Source: Blepharisma stoltei ATCC 30299 (taxonomy: Eukaryota > Protista > Ciliophora). From it: a stretch of DNA of 64,000 nucleotides. The notes beneath the pieces are model-generated. The model was not told the origin of the DNA. It was given only the letters and a program-made list of their open reading frames with translations, and ran no database searches. The translations under genes and the position numbers were made by a program. Shown piece by piece: positions 12,349 through 23,770 of the stretch (the stretch's first letter is position 1; each line of letters opens with the position of its first letter). Location of the stretch: the NCBI GenBank assembly GCA_965603825.1, contig CBFDEM010000015.1, positions 558,001 through 622,000 of the forward strand, read 5' to 3'.

Positions 12349-12912
12349 TTATTTTATTTCTTTGCTATTTAATAGTGTCCAAAATGATAAAGTGACTCCT
12401 ATTAAGACGCCAATTCTTTGTTTTCTGTTCAGTCTTCCAGTCAAAATCTATATAATTTTTACGCATAAAAGCATTAATATATGTAATAAATATCCAAAAA
12501 TAATTCCCCATATTAAATCACTGGTTGTTCCCTCTTCTATATGATGTCCTTCTACTCGTGCTTCTATTTGAATATCAATAGGAATTTCAAATGAATCAGA
12601 ATCCTCATGCGTTCTTTCTATTATCAATTCTTGCCTTTTTCGTTCAGAAATAATTGCATGGATATAGCTGCCTTCTTGTAATTCTATATGAAATGTACTG
12701 TGGCTTGATACTAGTGATTCGTCAGGCATAAACTTTCCTTGGAAAATAAATCTGACCTGCTTTTCTGCTTTCAATTCAGAGGGAAATTCTTGCTGTTTTA
12801 TCTTATAAATGCAGTCAGAATTTTTAACAAGGGTATCTTTGCTTGCTCCATCAGATAGTTTAATTTTTATATGAAATTGGTCTTCTTGGGTAATTTCTTC
12901 ATAATCTCCCAT
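12349..12912 (-). CDS. Ubiquitin-like domain plus C-terminal transmembrane hairpin (DSC3/TMUB-like)
   Basis: QVRFIFQGKFM UBL motif and DLIWGIIFGYLLHILMLLC TM segment. Intron 12448-12462 removal continues ILTGRLNRKQRIGVLIGVTLSFW to TAA 12351-12349. Confidence 0.8.
12448..12462 (-). other. 15-nt intron GTAAAAATTATATAG
   Basis: Contains an in-frame TAG; removal restores the second TM segment. Confidence 0.85.
12684..12698 (-). other. Probable in-frame, stop-free 15-nt intron GTACATTTCATATAG
   Basis: GT..AG with A at position 10 like the other introns. Removal gives the UBL-like LVSSHKLQEGSYIH. Confidence 0.6.
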
Positions 12913-12949
12913 TTTATTTATGAAAAAGTTTACGCTGATTGAAATTAGT

Positions 12950-13879
12950 TTATTTTTGAGCAAAGAACTTGCCGAGATTTAAAGCTTTCATGCCTTGAGA
13001 GAGCAGAGATTCAGTCACAACAGGCTCTGGAAGATGCCAAGCAATTTCACTTGTAGCTGTTTTTATGGAAGCTCCACCATCAACACAAATAATTTCTCCA
13101 TTTACATACGATGACTGTTCACTAAGCAGCCACACAATGGAATCTGCTATATTTTTCGCTGTATTTATTGTTTTCATTGGTGTTTCCGAACCTGCCGCTT
13201 TCATTAAATTATCATTCTGCGCCTGCGTGATTCTCTGTTCTACCTGATGCATTCTCAACGAAGTATCCGTTATCCCAGGTGCGACTCCATTAACCCTAAT
13301 CCCAAACCCTCCTAATTCTAATGCTGCACACTGAGTCAAGCTATCCAAGCATGCTTTAGACACACTAAAAATGGTCTGTTTAGGTCTAGGCACAGGCGAG
13401 GCTGACACATTGACTATAGACCCACCAGTAAATTTCATAAAAGGAATAAGCATAGAAATAATCTGCATCGGAGCTCGCAAATTTATATTCATGACCATGT
13501 CCCATTCTTGTAAAGTGGTTTCGCTAAAATCTTTGCTTTCGATTATCCCTGCACAGTTTACGACACCGTCAATTTTTCCTTGGTTGTCCATTACAATGCG
13601 GCTTATGACTGATTTTATTTCGTTTGGACGTTCTAAGTCACAGGCATGGACTGTTAATGTGCCTTTTTTCTTAGGAATTTGGTCGAGCTGATCAAGGAGC
13701 TGGGTTCGTCGACCGATTAAAATTAGATTGGCACCTGATTTGAGGAGAATTTTAGCAGCTTCTCTTCCTATCCCGCTTGAGCCTCCTGTGAGGATTATGG
13801 TTTTTCCTTGGAGGTCTGGGTATTTTAGATCAAGACAGTCAGTTGTCTTTTTTTGAGCCAGATTTAAAGAAGCTTCCAT
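12950..13879 (-). CDS. Short-chain dehydrogenase/reductase (classical SDR, FabG-like)
   Basis: TGGSSGIG, VVNCAG, IVNVSA and RVNGVAPG motifs; the catalytic YxxxK appears as FSVSK. Confidence 0.92.
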   Translation of the reverse strand: MEASLNLAQKKTTDCLDLKYPDLQGKTIILTGGSSGIGREAAKILLKSGANLILIGRRTQLLDQLDQIPKKKGTLTVHACDLERPNEIKSVISRIVMDNQGKIDGVVNCAGIIESKDFSETTLQEWDMVMNINLRAPMQIISMLIPFMKFTGGSIVNVSASPVPRPKQTIFSVSKACLDSLTQCAALELGGFGIRVNGVAPGITDTSLRMHQVEQRITQAQNDNLMKAAGSETPMKTINTAKNIADSIVWLLSEQSSYVNGEIICVDGGASIKTATSEIAWHLPEPVVTESLLSQGMKALNLGKFFAQK

Positions 13880-13963
13880 GACTTTAAATAAATATTCTCA
13901 ATTTTTAAGAAAATACTTTCAAAATACTCTGAAATAAATATTCTTATATTTCAAATTATAATT

Positions 13964-14656
13964 ATGGAGGTGAGCAACCAGGAGTTAGATCAAATTTTAA
14001 AAAGAAGATTTGAAGAATTCAGATACATGGTCTACAAAGACATGGAAGAAGTACTAGAAAGAAAAAAGCAAGTCATGAACGAGAACCTTAACAATATGAA
14101 AAATCACCTTCATACCATCATCAATTCTAACAACCAAGAGCGCAAAGAACTAGAAAATGAGCTTTTTAGGATCAAGCAAGAAAAATCACAAGCAAACAGG
14201 TGGGCTTTTATTTTCTGCAATCGAGGGTTAGGCGATAAATCACTCCGCGAAGTGTTTGACCATTGGAAATATTATATTTCTCTTCAGAGGAAAAAGAAAA
14301 GAAACATTAGGTACACCCACAACTTTTATAAACGTAACCTGATGAGGAAGCTTTTCCGTGATTGGAAAATAGAAATCGATAACACCCATCGTGAAAAATC
14401 GAACAAAAAATGCGAAGCCAGAATCCAAGCTGCTATTGAAAATGCAATTCAAGGGACAAACCAAGAATTAGCGACTTTAAGAAAATACGCAGAAGATTTA
14501 ATTTTGGACTTAAAAAATGAGACTGTCGCTAAAAATAATCTAAAAGTCCTATATGAAAATGCAATTTTAAGAGGAATGACCGCCTTGCAGCAAGAAAGCG
14601 TAAATATTCAAGAAGCGAATTTGAAAATAAGGGAAGGATATCAATACTCTCAATAA
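13964..14656 (+). CDS. POC5: POC5-like centriolar/basal-body centrin-binding protein
   Basis: Sfi1-type repeats (LREVFDHWK, LMRKLFRDWK) followed by the POC5-box-like AILRGMTALQQES. Confidence 0.68.
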   Translation: MEVSNQELDQILKRRFEEFRYMVYKDMEEVLERKKQVMNENLNNMKNHLHTIINSNNQERKELENELFRIKQEKSQANRWAFIFCNRGLGDKSLREVFDHWKYYISLQRKKKRNIRYTHNFYKRNLMRKLFRDWKIEIDNTHREKSNKKCEARIQAAIENAIQGTNQELATLRKYAEDLILDLKNETVAKNNLKVLYENAILRGMTALQQESVNIQEANLKIREGYQYSQ

Positions 14657-14703
14657 TATTTAAGGCTAAAAATAATTGATTGGCTGATGTAGACTTACTA
14701 AAT

Positions 14704-15435
14704 ATGGAAAAGAGCCTTTTAGTGTTTGGAGGCAGCGGATTTGTAGGGTCAGCTATATTAAAGTACGCTGTGTCCCAAGGAATTAAATGCATGAGCATTT
14801 CGAGAAGTGGGAAACCTAGGCATCCAGAACCATGGCAGACCAATGTGGAGTATATTCATGGAGATGCTTTAGATCAAAGCTCCTATATAAATCTAATCCC
14901 GAAGGCATCAGGTGTGATACATTCTATTGGTGTCTTAATTGATTCAAGAACTCCTCTGAATATTTCAAAAACATACCAAGGAAGCTATGAGCATATGAAT
15001 CGAGATACAGCATTAAAAATCTGCGAACTTCTAGAAGGAAAAGACAAAACTTTTGTATTTCTCAGTGCTGAAAGAGGTATGTGGTTCTCACCAAGATATC
15101 TGCAAACAAAAAGACAAGTAGAAGACTATTTAGCCGCAAACAGAGACAAAATTCCAAGCGTGGTACTTAGGCCAGGCTTTATGTTTGACAGCCAAGACTC
15201 TACCAAAAATTTATTAGCAACAGGCATCAATATGCTGAACTGGGGAGATGGTCCTTTGAAATGGGCAGGCTTAAATTGGGTATCAGAAACCTTTGTTCCT
15301 AGCAAAAGTCAACATGTAGATTCTGTCGCTAAAGCTGCAGTTCTTTCAGCATTAGTTCCTGAATTTAGAGGGAGAACTTTAAATGTAAGTGATATTGACG
15401 AAGTTGCACAAAAATATGAAAAATTCAATGCATAG
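14704..15435 (+). CDS. Atypical NAD(P)-binding SDR (COQ11/NDUFA9-like)
   Basis: VFGGSGFVG, RYLQTKRQVE and VVLRPGFMF motifs; ATG at 14704. Confidence 0.8.
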   Translation: MEKSLLVFGGSGFVGSAILKYAVSQGIKCMSISRSGKPRHPEPWQTNVEYIHGDALDQSSYINLIPKASGVIHSIGVLIDSRTPLNISKTYQGSYEHMNRDTALKICELLEGKDKTFVFLSAERGMWFSPRYLQTKRQVEDYLAANRDKIPSVVLRPGFMFDSQDSTKNLLATGINMLNWGDGPLKWAGLNWVSETFVPSKSQHVDSVAKAAVLSALVPEFRGRTLNVSDIDEVAQKYEKFNA

Positions 15436-15615
15436 TAGCTGATTAATAAGTTAATAGATTTTAGGACATTTTGAGGATTTTAAAAATCTTTATTATCAAA
15501 GACTTGGATTTAATATAATTTTCATCAATAAGATACTGCCCAGATTCAGAATTATCATTTCTTAATGTTGAGATCTTGATGAATGCTTGAATTAATAAAT
15601 ATTAGTGGATAAAAT

Positions 15616-16077
15616 ATGTCAAAACAAAAAGGACGTAAAGCAGAGAAGGTAGAAGAGCCAGAACAAGCCATGTTAGGTCCAAATCTGACTGGAGAAAAGA
15701 TCTTTGCAGTTTGCCATCTCTTAGCGACCTTCAACGACACATTTATTCACGTTACCGATCTCTCTGGCAGAGAAACACTTGCAAGAGTGACTGGTGGAAT
15801 GATGGTTAAGGCTGACAGAGAAGAAAGTTCCCCATACGCAGCTATGCTCGCTGCCGTTGAAGTCTGCAATCGTCTTAAAAAACTAGGCATCAACTCCCTT
15901 CATATTAAAATCAGAGCTAGAGGAGGCACGGAAAGCAAAACACCAGGACCTGGAGCTCAAGCAGCTTTAAGAGCTTTGGCTAGAAATGGAATGCTTATTG
16001 GAAGAATTGAGGATGTGACACCAATCCCTACAGATAGCACAAGAAGAGCTGGTGGAAGAAGAGGAAGAAGATTATAA
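15616..16077 (+). CDS. RPS14: 40S ribosomal protein S14 (uS11)
   Basis: [16 protein letters not shown]...[25 protein letters not shown]. Confidence 0.98.
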   Translation: MSKQKGRKAEKVEEPEQAMLGPNLTGEKIFAVCHLLATFNDTFIHVTDLSGRETLARVTGGMMVKADREESSPYAAMLAAVEVCNRLKKLGINSLHIKIRARGGTESKTPGPGAQAALRALARNGMLIGRIEDVTPIPTDSTRRAGGRRGRRL

Positions 16078-16179
16078 GCTAACAAAATCCTTATATCGAA
16101 AAAGCTTAATAAATGGTAAAATTGAGGTTTTGTTAAAGAATTTATATTTTTAAAAATAAAATAATTGTAAATTTTTTAT

Positions 16180-17565
16180 TTACCAATATTTTACCCTGTT
16201 CAGTCGGTATTTCTTGAAATATTCTGGTTTTCCTCCCATCCTCGACCCAGCAGAAGCTATTCTTGGTCCTTTGTCTAATTTTGCTAAAACCTTAGGAGGA
16301 AGCCAGTGCTCTCTATCATAGCTCCAATAAATAATTTTCTTAAACATGTCGCTAACATCTAGCCTTCCACTTCCTCTATTTATCACCAAATCTTTAAGCT
16401 TATATTTCTTGTTTCCCTTTAAAATTTCTTTTTTTTCAATTTCGTACCAGTCAACTACATAAGGCTCAATTTCTCTCGTTTTCCCAAGAAAGCTTAAAAT
16501 TTGTAATCGATTAGGATTGAGATCTTTTTGTGTCATATGCATTCTGACCACAGGATAGCCTCGTTCTAAAGCAGCCATATAGTTAATATCAATCCCATAG
16601 TCCTGGAAAGGGTATTTACTTGCATATAAGAACTCTTTTTCTAGCCCCAATCTCCATGTAGTCCTGTCTACATTTGGCGCCACTTCTTCATAGAAATATC
16701 TTTTGCACCATACTACAGCTTTGACTCTGTCAGGTAAAATTCCATATTTAAAGCTCAGGTCTTTTACACTCCATCCTTCATTGTATAGGTTATAAATAGC
16801 TTCTTTTGCTTGCGGAGACAGCCTTGCACACAAGGCAGCTTCAAATACTTCCTCTAATTCATGATCATTATCCAGCTGTGGTTCTTCTTCAAGCATATCT
16901 TCCATAGCCTTTTCATAAAGTGAGACTGAGACTGTGCTTCCTTTTAATTCTGCCTTTTTTGCTCTGTCCACTTTCATATTTTGAGAGCTTCCTGTAGACA
17001 AAGACTCTATATAATGGTTTAGACGTCTGTTGGTGTCATATTTTCCATTGTCTATTGGGTCACTGAGCTTAGCTTCTTCAAAGTAAGCGTAATTGTTCTT
17101 GTATTTTGAGTAATTATTGTATTCAGCATTCAGTGACGTGTCGTCTTTTTCTCTTACGTAGTCAAACGTGCTTTTTATGCGCATGGCTCGGATCATACGC
17201 TTTGATTTTTCGATTTTTTCAAGATTGAGAGGGTCGAGGTCCATATTGTCATTCTTTAAATAATTTTTTATTGATTCTAAAGTATCTTTTTCTGTTTTTA
17301 GGAATTTTGCTTGCATTTTTTCTTCTTCATTTAGGTCGATTTTTTTTCTATAGACCTTCTGCTCCTTGCTTTGCCGGTTTAAGACTTCTTGTCTGAACTC
17401 TTCAAAGGAGTCAAATGTTTCTTTATCACCTTCTTTTTCTTTGCGGACTTTGAATACTCTGCCTTGCTTTGGGAATAATTCAGACGCTTTTTGAGCTAAG
17501 ACATGCTGTGAGATAACTTCGTCTGAAAAATATCTGAAAATAAGAGAAGCCGGCCTTCTTAGCAT
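16180..17565 (-). CDS. Probable mitochondrial ribosomal protein with mS45/Bot1-like helix-turn-helix
   Basis: Presequence-like MLRRPASLIFRYFS. LSPQAKEAIYNLYNEGWSVKDLSFKYGILPDRVKAVV resembles the Bot1/mS45 motif. Confidence 0.6.
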   Translation of the reverse strand: MLRRPASLIFRYFSDEVISQHVLAQKASELFPKQGRVFKVRKEKEGDKETFDSFEEFRQEVLNRQSKEQKVYRKKIDLNEEEKMQAKFLKTEKDTLESIKNYLKNDNMDLDPLNLEKIEKSKRMIRAMRIKSTFDYVREKDDTSLNAEYNNYSKYKNNYAYFEEAKLSDPIDNGKYDTNRRLNHYIESLSTGSSQNMKVDRAKKAELKGSTVSVSLYEKAMEDMLEEEPQLDNDHELEEVFEAALCARLSPQAKEAIYNLYNEGWSVKDLSFKYGILPDRVKAVVWCKRYFYEEVAPNVDRTTWRLGLEKEFLYASKYPFQDYGIDINYMAALERGYPVVRMHMTQKDLNPNRLQILSFLGKTREIEPYVVDWYEIEKKEILKGNKKYKLKDLVINRGSGRLDVSDMFKKIIYWSYDREHWLPPKVLAKLDKGPRIASAGSRMGGKPEYFKKYRLNRVKYW

Positions 17566-17573
17566 ATTTATAA

Positions 17574-17867
17574 ATGGCCAGACATTTACAACTTAGCCAA
17601 GAAGAGCTTGAAAGGGTAACGAAGCTGATGTCTGAGTTTTATGATCATAGAGATGACAGCAAGCTTCATGATTTGTTTAGATTATTTGATTTAAATGGGA
17701 ACGGCACTATTGAAGCGACTGAACTTCAAGCTGTTATGAGCCAAGTTTCAGGAGAAAGAATTCCAGAAGAAGAGATCAGAGATATGATAAGAGAAGCGGA
17801 TGCTAATAAAAATGGGGTGATTGAGTTTAACGAATTTATAGAGGTCATGAGACGTCATAGAGATTAA
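17574..17867 (+). CDS. Small two-EF-hand calmodulin-like protein
   Basis: DLNGNGTIEATE and DANKNGVIEFNE calcium loops. Confidence 0.92.
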   Translation: MARHLQLSQEELERVTKLMSEFYDHRDDSKLHDLFRLFDLNGNGTIEATELQAVMSQVSGERIPEEEIRDMIREADANKNGVIEFNEFIEVMRRHRD

Positions 17868-18096
17868 TCTAATAACGAACTTTAATAGAAATTTAAATTC
17901 CTTGTAGAGAACTGAAGAAAAAAATGCCAATTGGAAGAAAAAAGCATTTTCCATTTAACTGCCCAATAGTAGGCAGTAAGTTGTATTGGAATTGAAGAGG
18001 ATTCTTTTATAGAATTAGTAAAATTTTATATTATTCATTATAATTTAAATTATTTATACTTGCATAAGTATTTTTCGTATCAATTAATGTCATTTT

Positions 18097-19410
18097 CTAT
18101 CTAAAACTTACATTTTCTTTAATCTTTTTAAGCTTTTCTGATACCAACCTATGAATTGTTTTGATAAGTCCATCAAGTTTTTTATCAGTAATTTTAAAAT
18201 TTACATCAAAATTTTTGATAAATTTTTTCCCCCAAACTTGAATATTTTCTTTAATAGTGACCATTTCTTTTAATCGAATTTTCATCCTTGCAGTTTCTTT
18301 TGATCCTCTATACACAACAAGTGAAAGATTGTGAGTAGGATTATTATTTTCTTTTTTAGCTATTTCCAGCCCATGTATTTTTTCTTCCATTTCTAAATTT
18401 TTCTGATTATAGTCCTCAATTCTTTTATTTACATCATTCAGCCTCTCCATTAATTCTGCATAGAGCTGCTCTCTTGTTAAAAATTTTTCAATCATTTCTC
18501 CTACATCATTTAGCCCTGCTACTCTTCGAATCCTTTGAAAAGCAAGGTCAATTCCTGTATTTTTCTCCATTTCTACTTCCATCTTTTTTTGTAAAAATGA
18601 ATTTCACATCTTATGTATTAAAAGTCCTTCTCTCATCCTTATAGCTTTTAAATTTCTGTCTTCATTAGCGGCTGCTTCAGCAATTTCCATTTGTCGGGAA
18701 ATTCTTTCTTCTCGTTTTATTGAGACTTCTTTCTTTTGCTTTACATCTTTTTCTATTGCTTGGAGACGGTCGACCTTTTCACGAGTTTCACGGTTTATGT
18801 AACCTTCTAGACTTTTTAAGGCGCCTCTTGTTTGGATTCGCCCTTCTCTTGTGCGGCGCTGCTTGTCGAGTTCTTCTTTTAAAGTTTGCTGCTTTTCTCT
18901 AAGAGACTTGGCTAAACTTAAATTTCTTTTTTCTAAATGAATTTTGGTCATTTTCATGCGCTCAATCATATGCTCGCAGGCTTTTCTCGCAATAAGGGCG
19001 TCATCTTGTTGTTTTTTTATATCATTTAGCAATTTTTCCATTTTTTCTGCTTCTTCTCGCATGTTTTCAAGTTTTACGCCAGTTCTAGTTCCCATCTTGT
19101 TAACAATGTCAAGTTCATTTTGTAAGGATTCAAGATTTTTCTCATGAAAGCTGTTTCTTGCTCTTGTATAGTCATGGCGATTTCTTAATATTCCAAGCTG
19201 GGAAGAAATTTCTCTTAATTCTTCGAATTTTGATACTTTTTCAGTTTCGTCAAAAGGCGTGACTGATCCGCTGAAAAATCGTGAAGCGTCTTGAGTTGAT
19301 ACCATTTGACTGAGCCTTCTATGATTAGCTAAATTAAATTTTGTGGTTGTTTCTGATAGAAGCTCTCGTTTTCATCTTGATGTAGCTGGAGCAGATAAAA
19401 GTTGTGTCAT
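18097..19410 (-). CDS. Coiled-coil protein, outer-dynein-arm docking complex (ODAD/CCDC151)-like
   Basis: Single frame from ATG 19410 through TGAs at 19374-19372 and 18606-18604. Motif AFQRIRRVAGLNDVGEMIEKFLTRE. Family call tentative. Confidence 0.65.
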
Positions 19411-19888
19411 CTTATTTAAATATTGAATTATGAATTATCAATTTTATATATATTAATAAAAAAAAGCTGATATTATTATACTGGCTATTAAAAATTATTT
19501 AGGGCTTATTTATAAGCAGTGGACTTCGAGTATCATTTATTATAAGACAGCTTGTATACTCATAGAAAAGTGCTTTAATTGGGCACTCTAAAATAATGTA
19601 AAATAAAAATTGCTTAAAATGTGAAGTATATATAAGATAGCCTACCATCAATGCCAAAGCAAACATAATGATAAGTTTAAATGAAAAATGGAAAGGGGGC
19701 TAAGATATTTTCTTATAAATTAAGTTCAAATAATAGAAATATTATGTATAGCTTTACAATTTTTTTGAAATCTTAATAGCTATGAACGATTAATATCAAA
19801 AGATCTTATGCATCTTCGTATGGCATTTAAGAAACACTAAAACTTATTTAACAAAATAAATTCACATTACAGGAGCATGCTACTTTGA

Positions 19889-21517
19889 TTAAGGACTATA
19901 GGGACTATTTATCAAAGTTTGATATCTTCTAGGGTTTCTTATAGATAATGATTTTGTATTTGTTGGAAAAATTTCACTATCTGAAAGTTCAGTTTCCGCA
20001 GGGTTTTTATGGAAAACTGATCTAACAATACCATACGTCCACACCCCACCAATATAGTCATTCAAAATGTCAAAATAAATAAGTTCAGCAACTTTTGCAA
20101 ATATCATTTTCTTGTCTCTTATAAAAATTTCTTTTTGTATGTTAATTGGCAATGTTTTTCTTACATCATCAATCTTCATCATTACGACTTCTTCTTCTAT
20201 TAATTCTTCTAGCCAATCCAAATTTAAAAAATCATTTAATACTTCATCATATACAATAACCACAATTTTTTGGTTTTGATTTATTTCTTCTTTTATTGAC
20301 TGCTTGACGTAGCTATCAATACGAAATGAATCTAACATAAATTCTTCAGTAAAATATGCTAATAAATCTAAAGCTTTCGATTGGCAGGTAGAAAGCAGCA
20401 ATTCTTCCATTGCTTCTGTAATAATTAAATTTCTTATATCCACGTATTCAGAATTAATTACTTCAACCTGTGCTTCTTTTGCGACAAGAGGGGTTATTTC
20501 ACTAAGAACGCCTGTGATTATTTCATTCAAAATATTATTGGAATATAATGATAAGCTTGCATTAACTATTTCGTTGCAACTTTCCTTAATAAATATTCCA
20601 ATATTTATATCCACTTCTCTTTCTATCATTCTCCTCACATATTCTTCAGAAAATTCTTTCACATCTATTTCAATATAATTTTCTGGAGTTACTGAAATAT
20701 TTAATTTTTCTGTGAATAAAGTTTCATATATTTCGTCTTCTTCATCCTCAATTTGTTTTGCTGATCGTAAATATTCAACAGTTTCTTCTATTTCAGTTTT
20801 AAAAATATTTTTTGGAGATATAAGAGACTTTAAAAAATTATCAGCAGCTTTGACTCGGGATTGAAGAGAAAAAGCTATGGGGACACTATAGGAGTTTCTT
20901 CTATGAGTTTTTTTCTTTTGAGAAAATGAATAAGTAGTGGAAAATGAAAAGGAATTTTCTGGCATTAAATTCACAAATAAAGGGTCATTATCTTGAAAAT
21001 CAAAATATTTTGACATATTTGAGAATTTTAGATAATTTGTGTCACTTGCGATTTTTTCTAAATAATTTATATTTTTTCACACAAAATCCGCTGAATTTTC
21101 TCCAAAGCTTTCTTTTCATATCAAAATGTTTTCTATAGTATCAAGAGTCACATTTCTAATATCTTTAATCAGTTTTGTGCATTCCCATTTTTCCGCTTCA
21201 TTTGTTGACTCATATAATTTTGAATCTTCCTCAGTAAGCCTTTCTAATAAAAGTTCTCTTCTTTCAATCGTAGCTAAAAGTTCTATAATTATTGCTTCTT
21301 CTTTTTCAATACTATCTATTTCTTTCGCAATTTTTAAAGCCTGCTCATTTTTACTTAACGAACCAATTTTCTTCCAAAATAATTTTTGGTGGCATTGAGG
21401 TATCTCATAAGTTTTCCATGCTTTATTTAATTCTTTTTCTAGAATTCCCATTTCTTCAGCTGTGATATCATGCTTTCTTTTCCTACAACTGTTTTTCTTC
21501 TTGACTTTTATTACCAT
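19889..21517 (-). CDS. Hypothetical helical protein
   Basis: ORFs 21116-21517 and 19889-21016 join through two TGAs: ENILIWKESFGENSADFVWKNINYLEKIASD. Confidence 0.75.
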
Positions 21518-21540
21518 GCAACTTTATTATTTAAAGCTAA

Positions 21541-23181
21541 ATGGATGAAAATCTTTCTGAAGAAACCTTGACAGGTTTACTGCTTAAAAAAGAAAAAGAG
21601 CTGCAAAATTTGGCAAAAATTAGGATAAATCAGCTACAAGAAGAACTTAAATATAAAGATAACATAATACAGGATCTTGAATATCAGATGAGTAAAATAC
21701 AGGAGGATTTTAACTTTAATTTGCAAATAATACAGGAGAGAGATGAAGAAATCGCTGATTTAGATGCGGCATATAAAAATGTTACACAAGCTTTTATTGA
21801 AAAACAAAATATTTCAAAAGAAAGCTCGGGATCTGAAAACCAAGCAAAAGCCAACGAAAATGTAAAAAATTTAGAATACGAAAAAGTCATACAAGAGCTG
21901 TCAAACCAATTAGACGAAATTACTCGACAAATTAACGTGCTAAAATTCGAAGCAGAATCAAAATCAAACCAGTGTGAAGAACTTAAAGAAATTTTGCAAA
22001 AAAAGCAAAACAAATATAAAAATGAAATAAATAAAACAAAAGATATAATTGCAGAAAAAGACACAAAAATTGAAGAACTATCAAGAAAAATCAATGATCT
22101 GCAAAATGCTAATGTAAAGCAAACTAATGAAATGACTCTAAAAATAATGACTTTGGAAAATGAAAAAAAGGAGCTGATACAGGAGCTTAAAAAAGTAAGA
22201 GAACAAAATATAGAAGAAATCCAGTATTTAGGGCAGCTGAAAATATCAAATTATGAACATTTAGAAGCAACGCATAGATCTGAGGTAGAAAGATTAAATA
22301 ATCAGATTTCTTTATTATTGGAAGATAATAAAAAATTATCTCATAGCTCAGATCAAGCGAAATTTCTGATTTTAGATAAAGAAAAACAATTTAGAGCTGA
22401 AATAGAAGAATTAAAATCAATATATGACCCTATGACAAAAGAAATTGAGGATTTAAAAGTTACTATAAGTCTTAAAGATAGCGAATTGGAAACTGTGAAA
22501 CAGCATATAGAGCATTGAAAAAAGCTGGCTCATGGGAGATCAGATGAGTTGGTGAAAGCTAAGCAGTCTCAGTTGGTTATGGATGAAAAATTGAAAGCAT
22601 TAGAAAGGGAAATTGAGGAAATCAAAAAAATAAATTATAAAGTAATAAATAGTGAAAAGTGCTATAGTACTCCAGTGAAAAATATATTTGAAAATCAAGG
22701 AACCCAAACTGAAATTAAGCAAATTTCAAAGCAAAGTTCTACACCTACTATCAGTGTGAAAAGTAAAGAAGAAGAAAGTTCGATTGTTAAAAAGCCAAGC
22801 ACTGATTTTAGTGTCAATGTGAAAGACTTAGAAGGCTCTACACAGGATAGGGATTATGAAAATACATATAGAAGTTCCATAAATGAAGCAGAGCAAAAGG
22901 CATATAGAAGCTCTAAAAACGAAACAGAGCAAAAGAGGTACGATTATTATGCAGAAACTTATAAAAGCACTGCAACCAAATCATTTGATGAATATTTTGA
23001 TAAAATTCAAAAACACATATCTAATTTAACATCAAATCTAACACGAATGAAAAACCAATCACATGGGAAATTTTCATCTTTATCTTCTTATAAACCCTCA
23101 ATAACTGAAGAAACTGAGCATTCCTATCAAGGCTCCAAATATTCAAACAGATTAAATAAATTCAAGCCAAATCGCAGATAA
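21541..23181 (+). CDS. Coiled-coil protein, CCDC57-like N-terminus
   Basis: KIQEDFNFNLQIIQERDEEI resembles the CCDC57 N-terminal motif. ORFs join through TGA 22516-22518. Confidence 0.7.
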
Positions 23182-23199
23182 TTTAATAATTTTATTTAT

Positions 23200-23470
23200 G
23201 TGGATATAAAATGTCGCCTGAGTTAATCGAATTTCTGCATAAATTAAGTAAATCTATGGCATAAATGCGTCTAGCATTTCCATTATGAAATAATAAGTGT
23301 ACAAAAAATCTTGCTATATATTAAAATTTTGATTGAACTTATAAGGATGCTTTCTGGGTATTAAAATTCTACTTTTTGTAAAAGTTAGATTGCATTATCT
23401 GGTTTATGAGACATATAATATATCGCAGAGCATTTTTAGGCTTCTCATGTAAACTATAAGTGCGCTTTAT
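23200..23470 (-). pseudogene. Decayed copy of the 3' half of MOB4
   Basis: Colinear, indel-riddled similarity to 23800-24100, e.g. atttctgcataaattaagtaaatctatggcataaatgcgtct vs atttctgcacaaattcagtaaatctatagcacaaatgcgtct, and ttttaggcttctcatgt vs ctttaggcttcttatgt. Confidence 0.85.
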
Positions 23471-23639
23471 TGTGCCTGCTTTCTAGAGATTTGTTAGTGA
23501 TTTCAAAGCTATTAAGCATCCTTCTCAGGAAGTATTTAGGATTTGACAATAACTATTGTGAAAATCTGTCTTTTGCTTAATTTTTATCTCAATCTTGGCA
23601 TTATTCACTCATAACTGAAGCACATAATATTCCATACGT

Positions 23640-23770
23640 GAAGAGAGCAAAAAAAACGATTATTATAAAAGCACTGCAACAAAACTATTTTGATAAGCTC
23701 AAAACACATATCTAATTTATATAAAATTCAAAAAAAATTCAAACTAAATCGTAGATAATTTATAATTTTA
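23640..23770 (+). pseudogene. Decayed copy of the 3' end of the CCDC57-like gene
   Basis: acgattattataaaagcactgcaac..tattttgataa..aaaacacatatctaattt..aaatcgtagataattt matches 22940-23185 with deletions. Confidence 0.8.
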
